DNA of 63,910 nt, filler included, from Licmophora abbreviata (lineage: Eukaryota): assembly GCA_900291995.1 (NCBI GenBank). It is 10 parts of 10 records of this genome, joined end to end, with 100 filler letters (N's around TTAATTAATTAA, not from the genome) between each part and the next. Parts side by side here need not be neighbours in the genome. Positions count along the whole stretch, not along the records: positions 19,657 to 27,394 come from OLMU01003994.1; positions 27,495 to 31,790 come from OLMU01003995.1; positions 31,891 to 38,828 come from OLMU01003996.1; 7 more parts are not named here. One strand, 5' to 3'. Positions 22,267-33,901 of the stretch are shown in pieces. The translations under genes and the position numbers were made by a program. Below the pieces are notes generated by a model, which ran no database searches, was not told the DNA's origin, and saw only the letters and a list, made by a program, of their open reading frames with translations. The first letter of the stretch is position 1; each line of letters opens with the position of its first letter.

Positions 22267-22915
22267 GATGACAATGAAGCGCCTCTTGATTCACCCGAAC
22301 GCGAGAACTTTTCTGTTTCTCTCTTTATGATCAAGCGAGGAGGAGGAGCGTGATGCTTCCAAGTTGTTGTCGCTCTTGTTGTTTTTATAGTGAGTCGACC
22401 GTTGATGAACGCAATGATGTGATTGGAATAGGCCATCTTGGCGTCTCCACGACAGGTCGGAGACATCTCGCCTTTTCTCCCTACAGTTTTCTCATAGAGG
22501 CAGTTGATCCACAGTGGAGAGACCACGGCGGTGCGGGGAGGAGTGGTATTCGCCATGGAGGTACAGTGTCGGTATACCGCCGCCACCATCGTGGTGACGC
22601 CGTCAAGTGATGTCTCGCCGAAAGTTGAAAACAAAATTGAAAATTGGGAATTTGGGTCTGCACCCCGCCCGTATTACTTCGCACACACAATGTACGAGTA
22701 GTATCATACTGAAATTGAGTATGTATCATCTTGTACAAACTCTACGAACGGTCTGTCCCGCGCCGGTGGTGCTCTCTTCCTGCCGAGATCCGCTCTGAGC
22801 TCTGAAGCACGGCGCAACCACGACAGAAAGACGACGGACGACACTGCCTTTTGTCAGCGTCGATTGACCCTCTATTGTTCTTGATCGTTCGCCCTAGTCT
22901 CCAATCCCATTCACA

Positions 22916-25855
22916 ATGATGCCAAGTCGCGATTCGCTAGCTCGTGAGGACGAAGATCCGACGGCCAAGGCGTACAGCAACATTTCCGAGAAGCTCGAAT
23001 CTTGGACGTCACCCCGCCTCAACACTTTGTATCGACGACCCCAGTATCCCCCAGACTCTGTCGAGTGGATGGAGCAAGAGACCGAGCAGGAAGCCGAGGA
23101 TGACTTGGACTCTTCCACCCCAGCGGATGGACAGTGCACTCCCGTCATTTCCAACTCGGCCAAGAAGAGAAAGACTGTAGTGTCTGTACCTGCTGAAGCG
23201 CTGCTACCACCATCATCACTTCCTCTGGACGCGTCTCCTGCAGTGCTGCGTACCAAGACTCTCTTTTCGTCCGCCACGTCTCAGGTACACGAGTATCGTC
23301 GCTTTCACGAAATTCTCCTCACTTATACCACCGAGCGACGCCAGCTTTCGCAACGCTGGGAACAGGCCATTGCCGGCTACATCATCCGTGGCGATGACGA
23401 ACGTCGGGAACAGCAAGAACGTCAACTCGAGCTGGAGTATCTTCGAAGCTTGGCTGCAACGTGTGCGTCTTTGTCCTATGATAGCAGCGACGATAGTCTC
23501 ATGTCGAGTAAGACTAGCAACAACGACGATGTGGCTTGGTTGGAGGCCAATGCGTGGTCCCTGCTTGTGACGCTGCGTTCGCTCGGACGTGAGTTTCTTC
23601 TCTGGGACAATGCCAGCATGGAAGTTCAAGAACAACAGGAAACATCCAATGACATGCAGGTCGACGAGATGACTACTTCACAGCATGTCACTCCCGCTCA
23701 GCTCGTAGAAGAACTCTACCAGTCCAAGCCCTCCTTGCAGCGTCGCAAAAGCATTCTCCTTTGGCTTCAGCAGTGTCGCGGGCGGAACAGCGATGGTGTT
23801 GACGTGTCTGCAACTCCACGCAAAACCATGTGGCCTGATTCTCTACGACAGTTGTCGCAAGGTGCTCCGGACGTTGGTACGAACAAGGTGACTCGACTCG
23901 ATCCAGACGCACCGTTGCTTGCAAAGTGCAGTAGCAACCACCAGAATCCTCTCTACGGCAAGGACGACGAGCACGACCAGGAACTACTGCAAAAGTGCTT
24001 GAACTACATCTTGGCGGGGCGCATGGACCAAGCCTTTGCGGTTTGTGAACAGTACGGTCAGCCCTGGCGGTGTGCGGCTTGGAGCGGTGGGCAGTGGGAA
24101 GGAGTGGAGGTGGACACCAATGCTCGCAAGCACAGGCTCGTTGGGAATCCGAATAGAGCTCTGTGGAAACGAACGTGCTGGACACTGGCCGGATCAGACT
24201 CCGTTTCATCGCAGGAGTCGGCCATTTACGCTCTCCTATCGAATCACTTGGAAACTGCGCTTTCCAACACGGCACTGCGTACTTGGGAGTCTGGCTTGTT
24301 TGCATGTCTTGACGCATCACTACAACGTGCCGAAGACGAGCACGTCTTTTCCAAGCTTCCTCGTTGCGATAAGGCAGAGCGAGAACATCTGCAAGCCACA
24401 ATGTCGGCGGTGGTACAGTGCCGCAATGAGGAAGCGATTCTCAGATGGCTCGAGTCCTCTCCGTTCCCTGAGCTTCGCGTCAACGACGATCCCTTGCGTG
24501 ATGTCATGGCTTCATTTCTTGTGGGCCACTCTGTCGTGCTGGGGTGCGTCCTCGATCACGGCGGCAACCTTGCGGCTAGTTCCCCACCATCCTTCTTGAG
24601 ATTTTTGACACATCTGGTCTTGTACTTGGATTCGTTGTCTGCGTCGACTGCACCACTTCCCTGGAACGAAACCGACCTCGAGGACGCCAAGAACAACTTA
24701 CTTCACTCGTATTTGAATTCGATCTCTTCCCATCCCGACTTGTGGCGTCTCATGACCCTCTACGCCTCTCTACTTCCGGAGGAGATGATGCTGGAGGTCT
24801 TCCCCTCCATGTTGGTGCCGATTGAAGACAATACAGAACGGGCCATTGTGGGAAAGCAGATGCAGAATCTTCTTGGGTCTGGTGTTGACACTATTGTGTT
24901 GCGAGAAGTCGTGAGGCTGCTGCGTGACGACGAACAGCGACAAATGCGGTCCATCACGTGGCTGTGTCATAGCAGGGCGCACTGGGGTGACGCCCTTATT
25001 TGCACCAATACGTTGTTGCGGCAGTGGCTCTTGTCGTCGGACGACCAGATCTTGAAGGCGCTCCAGTTTGCACAAGAGTTTCTCCCGGACGAAGTCGTTA
25101 CGGAAGCGGAGATGACCTCGTCTGATATGGACGTCGACATGCACTCGTCTGATCAAGGCAGCGACCCAATCACTCGGCTTGGTGGTGCAAGACTTGAGTT
25201 CGGGGCCCTTATTTGCTATTTGGACGCCCGCAAGGCGTTCTTGAAGTGGAAGGACACCATAGACAAGACAATGCCGGCAACAACATCTTCCACTGTGGTG
25301 GCGGACTCGTCATCATTCAACAGTACCGAGAAGGAGATTGCTCGTTCTATGGAGAAGCGAGAGTTTCAGCGACAGAAACAACAAGATAGTCGTCGGCTGG
25401 TGGAAGCCGCCGACTCTGCTCGGGAACAGCTGATGCAAGTCCTTCAGTACGACGGTGGCTGGCTTCTACTTGACACTGACGACAAAGCTCTAGCCGAAGA
25501 CCAAAACGAGGCCCGACGAGTGGAGGAGATCAACACTCTTCATCGCCGATACTTGCCGCACACTGTATTCATGCTCCATAGCCTGTGTGACGAGACGGGG
25601 ACATGGATGGAATCCTCGCTCGACGATGCGGTCGCGGTCCTTGGCAATAATGCCCTTTCTCTTCTCGACAGCACTGATAGCTTCACCTCGTCTCCCCTTT
25701 CTCCGCTGTATTGGGTTCGTCACGCAACCTCGTTGGCGAACCTGGTCGCCTCAGACGAGTATGCTATCCAAGACGCTTTTGACGAGACTAACGAGCATCA
25801 CTTTGCTGATCTCATGGCCGAGGCGGAAGTGCGAGAGTTGCAGCTCATGGCGTGA
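22916..25855 (+). CDS. NUP107: Nuclear pore complex protein Nup107/Nup84
   Basis: RLDPDAP, GQPWRCAAWSGG, GNPNRALWKRTCW and ESAIYALLS motifs in a 979-aa helical protein. Confidence 0.85.
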   Translation: MMPSRDSLAREDEDPTAKAYSNISEKLESWTSPRLNTLYRRPQYPPDSVEWMEQETEQEAEDDLDSSTPADGQCTPVISNSAKKRKTVVSVPAEALLPPSSLPLDASPAVLRTKTLFSSATSQVHEYRRFHEILLTYTTERRQLSQRWEQAIAGYIIRGDDERREQQERQLELEYLRSLAATCASLSYDSSDDSLMSSKTSNNDDVAWLEANAWSLLVTLRSLGREFLLWDNASMEVQEQQETSNDMQVDEMTTSQHVTPAQLVEELYQSKPSLQRRKSILLWLQQCRGRNSDGVDVSATPRKTMWPDSLRQLSQGAPDVGTNKVTRLDPDAPLLAKCSSNHQNPLYGKDDEHDQELLQKCLNYILAGRMDQAFAVCEQYGQPWRCAAWSGGQWEGVEVDTNARKHRLVGNPNRALWKRTCWTLAGSDSVSSQESAIYALLSNHLETALSNTALRTWESGLFACLDASLQRAEDEHVFSKLPRCDKAEREHLQATMSAVVQCRNEEAILRWLESSPFPELRVNDDPLRDVMASFLVGHSVVLGCVLDHGGNLAASSPPSFLRFLTHLVLYLDSLSASTAPLPWNETDLEDAKNNLLHSYLNSISSHPDLWRLMTLYASLLPEEMMLEVFPSMLVPIEDNTERAIVGKQMQNLLGSGVDTIVLREVVRLLRDDEQRQMRSITWLCHSRAHWGDALICTNTLLRQWLLSSDDQILKALQFAQEFLPDEVVTEAEMTSSDMDVDMHSSDQGSDPITRLGGARLEFGALICYLDARKAFLKWKDTIDKTMPATTSSTVVADSSSFNSTEKEIARSMEKREFQRQKQQDSRRLVEAADSAREQLMQVLQYDGGWLLLDTDDKALAEDQNEARRVEEINTLHRRYLPHTVFMLHSLCDETGTWMESSLDDAVAVLGNNALSLLDSTDSFTSSPLSPLYWVRHATSLANLVASDEYAIQDAFDETNEHHFADLMAEAEVRELQLMA

Positions 25856-26133
25856 AGAGAACGAGGGAAGCTCTCGAACTAGGTAGCCGGGAACTCTATG
25901 GACTCTATTTAGCGAGGTCGCCTTAATAAACCCTTCGACATGGCTAAAAACACACCTCAGTCATGTGCGCAAACTTCCTATGAAACGATGTTAGTCTATC
26001 CTATGAGTAACAACTCGTCCTGAATATGCATGCGACTACGCTGTGGTATCGAATGTTGAACATGTATTTTTTGACGCGGAAGCATAGATACCATAGCTGC
26101 AGCATGATCTCGTTGGGCTCGAGCATCGACGAG

Positions 26134-27709
26134 CTAGAGCAGCGTAGCGACGACACTGAGTAGGGCCATCGAACGTGGCAAGGGGCCCGTCGTCGACGAA
26201 GTGAGACCGCTACTGGTTTGGGGAGACAACCCGGTTGAAATCATGGGAGCCGCTGCACAGCAGAGTTCCCCAAAGTTGCGCTGCAATCCAGAGCAAACTA
26301 AAGCGTCGGGTGCCATCGTTCCGACATACTCGGCCTCGCTACAGGAAATTCCGGCATCAGGATCGGCGAGACGCGCGGTGTCAGGGAGTGCTTGTGCGTT
26401 GTTGTCACAGAGACGACAGGCTTGACCGTCTGAAATCGGATTAGTGCATCCACATGCGACGCCAGCTGTAGCTTGAATTGCTGTGCATTGACGGGAGTCT
26501 CCGATGGTTTCGGCCAATACAGCAAAGTCGCCACATGTGCCGCTCGCGTCGAGGCGCTGGAAGAGTCTGGGAGGTGGCATGCCATTTTCACACAGAGTGC
26601 AGGAGGGTGCGTCAAGTACGGGTGCTTCACAATCACACAGGTTCACGCCAATATAAAAGTAGGTCTGGCAACGCTTTTCGTCAGCGAGACCTAGATCGAC
26701 TTCTTCGTCAAGTCGGCCGCAAGTGACTTCTTCGCCGTTGACAATATCGATGACTTCGTTAGGATAAGAAACCCGAGACCCATCCGGGCAAACTGCCGTA
26801 CACGGCGGTGGCTCTCCAAAGACTTCGACACAACCGCATTCCGAAGCTGCGTAGGTCTTGATCACGTCGCAGTCATAGTCGGAGGTAATTGTACTAGCAA
26901 TCTCTTCCACGTCTGCACACGTGAGGCCGTTCGAAAGAACAGACTTGGGAAAGAGAGAAGGTCGGCCGTCGTTACAGAGTGAGCATGATGGCTTGGGGAT
27001 CGGTGGGCAGTCACAGATGGAAGAGAGAGTCGCAATCTCGTTGCACTGTTCTTGGTCCGAAATCGTGGTGGCGATGAACTCCAGCTCCTCGCAAGTGACA
27101 TCGAGTCCAGGGATCTCGTACGAACGCGAAAGAGGCGAGCGTCCGTCCGGACACAGCGTGCAGGACGGCGTGACATCTGGGCACTGACACCAAGGAGCGT
27201 AGACTCGAAAGTCGGGACATTCCTCGGCGTCGGCCCCCAACGCGATGGATTGAGCGACACCACACGTCACTTCGGCCAATGGAATGAATATATCTTCGAT
27301 GACGTTCGATCCGTCCGGACAGACGGTGCAGGACGCGTTGGCGACTGCGCCCAAGCTCGGAGGGTCTTGAGGAGGAGCGACGACACAGCCGCAGNNNNNN
27401 NNNNNNNNNNNNNNNNNNNNNNNNNNNNNNNNNNNNNNTTAATTAATTAANNNNNNNNNNNNNNNNNNNNNNNNNNNNNNNNNNNNNNNNNNNNTGCAGA
27501 AAAGCAGTCACTTGGAGATCCAGGCAGGCATCGGAAGTGGAGGCGATTCCGCTGGAAGCCATCACGAGGTGAGAACAGCTTGTTCCATTTGAAAGCGTCA
27601 TGGATGCGTTCCAGGCGGAGCCGTCGACGCACGGAAAGCATACGTCAGGCTCGAGCGCGAACGAGCAAGCAGCGAGGAGCGTGGTGATGGAGAGAGAGAC
27701 AAGCATCAT
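26134..27709 (-). CDS. Secreted or cell-surface Cys-rich repeat protein (about 7 CxxCx[DN]G units), interrupted by a gap; possible GPI anchor
   Basis: Signal peptide MMLVSLSITTLLAACSFA; repeated CxLCxDG..TC..C..CxC units on both sides of the gap; Ser/Thr linker and hydrophobic C-terminus. Confidence 0.8.
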
Positions 27710-28425
27710 GATGGAGACAGCTTAGCTAGCGGCGAGGGTGTCATTCACTGAAGATTGTGATCTCTGCAGGGCGGTTTGAATCGAAGGAGCTATGACCGTC
27801 TACGGTGAAGCTCAGTAGCTGGCCTACGGAGTCCCTGTCATTTTGGGCGGGAAATCGGATACCTTTTTCGGCTTCCATTCCCAGGATTTCTTTTTCAACA
27901 TGGCATAGCAAGAGCGTTTCAATATCGGACGCACCTTTCACTTAACCGGTGGGTTCTCGAGTCGCAAGGCGGACGGATGGTTATAGGCAAACGCACCGAA
28001 TGAGAAGAAGAAGGTCGCAGCATGATCGTGAGGCTGTCGGCAAACGCCGCCTTGGCCAGAATCATGGGCTACCATTCGTGCTTGGCCCTGGAAAAGCGCA
28101 GCCCTACCTCTCTGGTCGTCTCCTCCGCTTCATGATGCTCCTACCAAGCTCAACTGGGACGTAGTCACGCGTTGGCCTCCGAACACCATCGTCATTGTGA
28201 TGCCTCGTCGTTTTGTCGTCATTGCTCGTGTCGCCGTCGTCATCTGCATCCGCGCGACTTTCCGTCATTGATGCGATATTGAATTCCTGATTCCGCTGTC
28301 GGCTGCCTGTCGTCTATCGAACGCGCCCACATGGACTGGACTACATATCCCTAGCTCAATCTAGAGAGACAGAAAGACAACTACAACACTCAAGGCTACG
28401 ATTCAGTTCTTCTCCTGCAAATTTT

Positions 28426-30057
28426 CTACTCTATCTCCTCAATTAGTACTCGACGTGGTGGCGAGCCGTCTATCAAACCTACATTTTCTGCTTTGCCAAG
28501 TTTGGAATCTGAGAGTTCGTCGGAATGCAATTTTGACGCAAGTTCTGGCCTATTCAATTCAATGCCACTCTCCTCATCCGTGGAACACGCAGAGCTGTTG
28601 TCACTAGAGTTCGTTTCGTCGTCACTTTCGTCTTCGCTCCCGCTGTCACCGCTCTCGGCCGAACAACTGCTTCCCACCTGAAGACGCTCCTCAATAGCTT
28701 CCAAGTCAAGGCCCAGCGAGTCTTTTTCGATTCCTTTCTCCAAGATATGAGACAAGGAACGTGCCAGTGATAGGATCTGATCGGCTTTGACGCGCCGCTG
28801 CAGCCAAGCAAGGTAGTGATCAATGTACAAGCGATTCCCCAGATACTGAAATTCACTCTTGTCCAGGATCGATCGGACACGCAGAAAGCACCGAATGACA
28901 CATCGCCGACCCTTACGTAGAATCGTTTGTACTTGATCCCAGCAGTAGCGAGTTAAATCCAAATTTCGCAAATATGGATAGATCAGGGCTCGCCGCGTCG
29001 AGAATTGAACTACCATATCCAGCGTATCGGTGCTCTTGTACTCCTCCAACCAGCTCAGAGTACAGCTCAATATGGAAACTGTCCAGGAAGATTCAACTGT
29101 TGGATCACCATCCGTCAGCAAATAATCATAAACGCATGCGAACAAAATATCTAACAATCCCATCGAAAGAGATTCGTGTTGTTCCGATGATATGATGTCA
29201 GGCAAGAGCGGATAAGGTATGGCTGCCAGCTGTGCCGATTCCTCTTGTGTAAAGTATACAGTCGAAACTGCAATAGCAGGACTTTCGTCTGTCGTGAGCG
29301 TCGCAAGGGAGGCCGTGAGGCTGTCGATGTTCGATGGTGCCGTTTCCTCGTTCCAGTGAGATTCCATTGCCATGGCCGATTGGTAGATGTAGTCATCTTG
29401 GAGATCCAAGTCGCCAAGATAGCGATCCGGATCAAACGCTTCTTGTTCGGACCGTCTTCTCATCTCTCTTCGGTCATGTGCATCTGTTTCGTCGGGATTT
29501 GGAAGTTGTAGCATTTCGGTCGCGATACCTTCACGCGCCAGGTCTGTGAACATACCAGCATGTTGATTCAGAAAACCATAGTGCGGTCGAATTGCACTTT
29601 TCCAATCTGACAATGGTGCTGCGGACCCATCAGCGGACTCAGTTTCTGCCATTTCTTCTTCTTCTTCTGAAGAATCCCCACACTCGTTCTCTTGACTGGA
29701 CACAATCGAAATGCCGGCTCCTCCGACTCGCCCAGCTGCCGCAGCTGCTTTGGGAGACACTAGCGCTCCTGTCAGATCCAAATCGGGCCATATGCCAGGT
29801 TCTTGCTTGCGCAGTCGTAGCATCACCATCCCTCCCTCTCGCGATGGATCATATTGAGCACACTCACTTTCTTCGTCTTGTTGGAATGAAAGTGGAAACG
29901 TCAGCACCAACAAGTACGGCGGACTCGAAAAATGGAGGACAGGTCCATCGACGACGACTTCGACCGAATTCACCGAAACTCGAACGTGAGGAACCCGAAT
30001 TTGCACAAAGACGTTACTTTCATCTTGAGATAAAGCAAAGTGAGGAGTAATGGGCAT
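28426..30057 (-). CDS. SHQ1: H/ACA RNP assembly factor SHQ1
   Basis: MPITPHFALSQD CS-domain start, YGFLNQH, FDPDRYLGD, GDPTVESSWT, RRALIYPYLRN. Confidence 0.92.
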   Translation of the reverse strand: MPITPHFALSQDESNVFVQIRVPHVRVSVNSVEVVVDGPVLHFSSPPYLLVLTFPLSFQQDEESECAQYDPSREGGMVMLRLRKQEPGIWPDLDLTGALVSPKAAAAAGRVGGAGISIVSSQENECGDSSEEEEEMAETESADGSAAPLSDWKSAIRPHYGFLNQHAGMFTDLAREGIATEMLQLPNPDETDAHDRREMRRRSEQEAFDPDRYLGDLDLQDDYIYQSAMAMESHWNEETAPSNIDSLTASLATLTTDESPAIAVSTVYFTQEESAQLAAIPYPLLPDIISSEQHESLSMGLLDILFACVYDYLLTDGDPTVESSWTVSILSCTLSWLEEYKSTDTLDMVVQFSTRRALIYPYLRNLDLTRYCWDQVQTILRKGRRCVIRCFLRVRSILDKSEFQYLGNRLYIDHYLAWLQRRVKADQILSLARSLSHILEKGIEKDSLGLDLEAIEERLQVGSSCSAESGDSGSEDESDDETNSSDNSSACSTDEESGIELNRPELASKLHSDELSDSKLGKAENVGLIDGSPPRRVLIEEIE

Positions 30058-30275
30058 GGTAAGGATGAAACTTGACCTACACAAGCAACAAGTTTCTTTC
30101 AATTGATGTGATGCCCGGCGTCCGCGGCGACGACGAGAGAGAGATACAACTCGCTCGACGGCCAGACTCAGCGTGAACAACACGCAATCCGGTGGCGAAC
30201 ACGATGTAATCTGCCAATAGACACACTTCCTGATCGGTTCGTAAAGCAAATGAAAGAGCTACCTATACTTGACTG

Positions 30276-31397
30276 CTACCTATGAGAGCGTGCGGTGCGA
30301 CTGGAAGAACTGTTTTCTCTCTGTAGTGAAGTCAGTCGACGTACGCCATTGTCCCACGTCGTACCTGTTTGCAAGGCCAAGCTCAATGGCGTCTTTCCTA
30401 CCTTGTTGCGAATCTTTGATGCTTGTGGATACTCACTCACCAGAACTGATAGCGCCATAGCCTTCCGAGATACAGAGGCGGCATCAGTGATATCCCACCC
30501 GGCAACGCCATGGAGCGGCAGGTTGCCAGTGAGCTCATCCGCAGACCGCACCTGCTGTGGCGAGGCTCGCATGGCTAGGATCAGGAATGGGAGAGGACAG
30601 TCTTTAACTTGAGCTGCAGCATGAATGACATTGAACGAGGGAGCAGGTTTGGACTTTGATCTCTTGTGAAAGTGTTCCGCTTGAAGCAACAAGACCGCGC
30701 ATTCCCAAACCCAAAAAGCTGTCAAATTGGTGGTCGATGTGCTCCCGTTCGCGGCACTGACGCCAGAAGAGCGAACCTGACGTCGAGCGCGCAGTTTGGC
30801 AGTCGTTGAATGTGCTTCCTCCAAGGCGACCTGCTCCAGAACTTCAAACGAGTTGCATTCGAACAAGACATCCAGAGATTTAGCAACCGATGGCATGCTT
30901 TCCTTGTGCGACAAAATGACCTTGAGGATGGAAAACCATCCTTGCGCTTTCACTTTTTTGGATCTTCGCGTTATCATATCTTTCTTTACCTGAGACAACG
31001 CCATGATGTGTATGTTCAATGGGGAAAGGCCGTTGCGACAAACCACAAGGAGACTCTTGGGTGCGAACTGCAGTATCAGTTCTACCACCTGCTGATCTTC
31101 GTCGAGGGCCTTGAGACTGCCCTCGGACATATGAATAGCATGCATCAACGGAGTGTATCCATACTTTCCATCGCATGTGGTCGCTGCATCCGGATAGGCT
31201 TGGAGCAGGGCGCGAATTGCAGCGATGCGTGTGTCGCCAGCTCTTTTCGCGCGGATGGCCAGATGAAGCGCTGTCAACTTGGTTTCGGGGTTCACATGGG
31301 CTGCTTCATCCGGGTCCGACGAAGCCCTCTGAGCCACCTTGACCCATTTCTCTGCTTCAATGAGCCGATGCAGCTCTAAGGTGTCTGGATTCACCAT
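30276..31397 (-). CDS. Ankyrin-repeat-like protein (diatom-type)
   Basis: LTALHLAI, GYTPLMHA, GNLPLH and GKTPLSLA ankyrin-like motifs. Confidence 0.75.
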   Translation of the reverse strand: MVNPDTLELHRLIEAEKWVKVAQRASSDPDEAAHVNPETKLTALHLAIRAKRAGDTRIAAIRALLQAYPDAATTCDGKYGYTPLMHAIHMSEGSLKALDEDQQVVELILQFAPKSLLVVCRNGLSPLNIHIMALSQVKKDMITRRSKKVKAQGWFSILKVILSHKESMPSVAKSLDVLFECNSFEVLEQVALEEAHSTTAKLRARRQVRSSGVSAANGSTSTTNLTAFWVWECAVLLLQAEHFHKRSKSKPAPSFNVIHAAAQVKDCPLPFLILAMRASPQQVRSADELTGNLPLHGVAGWDITDAASVSRKAMALSVLVSEYPQASKIRNKVGKTPLSLALQTGTTWDNGVRRLTSLQRENSSSSRTARSHR

Positions 31398-31671
31398 GGT
31401 CGTGCTCTCATCTCACTTTTTGTTCTTTCGATGCTCGTGGTCGAGTTCAGGAGTCATTTTCGATTTAGTTTCTATCAAAATGACCAAGAAATAGGCCCAG
31501 CGCGCTTCTGCGAGATGTTATGACGCGCGACAAAACCGATGAGAGAGCGCCGAGAGAGGTGACGACGAGAGTTGCGGCCACAGTATAGTGTTATGACAAA
31601 ATGACGCTTCAGGCGGTAGATTAGCAAATAATAATAAGTCCAGGTCATTCGCTGCAACATAACTTATCGCC

Positions 31672-33607
31672 TTATCTTTGAACCTGGTTCTCAGAATCAC
31701 CCGGAGCGTTGCCGTGCCACTTTCCTCCTAGAACAGACGGGTCCGTACGTAGCACTTCAAAGATGGTCAACAGCTGCATGAGATCTTTCTNNNNNNNNNN
31801 NNNNNNNNNNNNNNNNNNNNNNNNNNNNNNNNNNTTAATTAATTAANNNNNNNNNNNNNNNNNNNNNNNNNNNNNNNNNNNNNNNNNNNNAACAGCTGCA
31901 TAAGATCTTTCTTGGCTCGTTGCGCACTGTGCTTCCTTCGTTCCTGTTGCTCCTTCGCACTGTCTATCTTTTCGGCTGTCGCCGCAATGCCAAAAGGGAA
32001 CAGGCCCGACAATGGGTCTCGAATGCCCAGTGCCTGTGGATACACGCGGACAAGCTTCCGTACACCCTTGTCCCAATGTGTCTGCGACTCCAACGCCAAG
32101 CATAATGGTGTCTTTCCATATGAGTCTATTTTCTTTGCGGCCTCTGGGTTTTCTCGAAGTAGCAAATCGATGCCAAGTGCTTTCCGCGACATTACGACTG
32201 CATTGTCAATTTTCGAATTCCGGGCACCCCAGGTGCACACCCAGTGCAAGGGGTAACGGCTTTCCATAGTCATATCACATGGCTCTCGCACCTTGGTTGG
32301 AAACGCTCTCATTGTAAGCATAAGGATAGGCAACGGGCAGCCCTCAACGAGTGCGGCTGCATGAACTGCGAAGAACGGTGCACCTGGCCTTTTAACGTGA
32401 AGCGTCCCGTACTTCAACAAGAGCACGGTCCACTGCCAGAGCCACCAAGTACGAAATGGGCTGGAAGAGACGCCTTGGTGTCATTGCCGCCGGGCTTGCT
32501 TCGACGCTGGTCGTCCTGCTGGGAAATTGCATCTTGAATCATCGCCCCATTGCATTTGTACAGGAGCTCGAGTGGACTCGTTGACAGACCGCCTTGAAAC
32601 TCGACACTCGTACTACTCGTTAGCTCGACAAGGTGTTGTCGGGCCATGCGGGGGTCGTGCTCCAGAAGCACACGTAGAACGGACACAGGTGTCCGGCCGG
32701 GGTGCGCCGGTCCTGCCGGCGAACAGGGTTCGAGCGCCCCACGAGTCAGACTGTAGCTCACAACATGGATGCCCACTGGGCTCAAACCGGAATTGGTGAG
32801 AATCGACAGACTCTTCTTTCGATTTTTCGTCAGAATACGTGCAACCTTTTCCGACTCGATAAACATATCTTGAGGTGGCTCTTCCTGTTTGCCCAGAATG
32901 AGTTGGTCAATGTATTTCTTCCTCAGTTGTTCGCCATCCTCACCGACGTTCGTTTGCTGCCGAAGTCTCTGCTGTTTAACTTGTTCAGCGATTTCTTCGT
33001 CCACGTTTCCAATGACATCGGTTTTCAAAGAAAACTCACTACCCGAGGATACAGTTTCAAGCTTGCCCGGATAGGGAGGGACTAGACTAGCATATGCCAA
33101 CGGTGTGAAACCCACTTTCTTACAACGCCGATATGCCGAATTGGGATAGGCTTTGATCAATGCTCGAATGACGTCAGTTGGTGCTGGGGCATCGTAGTCA
33201 CCCCACAGAGAGCGTACTGACTGCGTTTTGAGATCTGCTGATACAACCGAGCACCTCGAATAGCTCGCTCGAGAGATGACAGCGAGGTGAAGGGCTGTAG
33301 TTCCGTCGGTATGCACATATTTCGCTTCTCTTGACGCCACCTTTGCCCTCAAGGCAACTCGTGACCATTGACGACCCAGAGCGAGTCGGTACAATTCTGG
33401 AACTCTTCGCTCTCGAAGTAACTGAAAAGAGGAGGCAATGGAAACATGTTTTCCCTCGACCACTGATGGTGTAGTGGTCTTCGAATTCGTCGCTCGCTTT
33501 CTGGTCAAGCCGACTCGCTCTGGCGGCAGGCTTTGAAACTTTGCTTCTCCTCTCTGAGAGAGTGGTTCCGTCGGTTCCTCGTTCATGATTCTTACGTCGG
33601 GCTGCAT
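31672..33607 (-). CDS. Ankyrin-repeat-like protein, tandem paralog of 30276-31397; frameshift at ~32445-32480; spans a false gap
   Basis: GTTALHLA, GFTPLAYA, WWLWQWTVLLL, YPLHWVC, GKTPLCLA, GLFPFGIAA. The C-terminus LLTIFEVLRTDPSVL..QR* lies on the other side of the gap. Confidence 0.7.
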
Positions 33608-33901
33608 GTTCCATCGGTTCCTTGTTTGTCGGCTTTGCTGTGCTTCACGAGTCGAATGACGAGATACCGGTACGAGATGACGACGCCCCGCGGGTTTTGT
33701 GATCATCGCGCACCTCCACGACCATCCGAGATCGGCTGGCATCCGGGAATGGGAAGTCACTCTGGCATAAAGTGTGAGGACATTCCTTGTTCGGGGTTCG
33801 AACGTTCAAACTTTTTCACGAATCCCACCAGTTTGGATGCACGACGAGAGCTAGACTCTATTAGTTTCTCTTTACACCTCATGAATGCTAGTCAGATGCA
33901 A

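Noticed and set aside
27741..28420. Short ORFs and GTC-rich sequence between the Cys-rich gene and SHQ1
   Set aside because: No recognisable domain, splice structure or terminal repeats; treated as intergenic.
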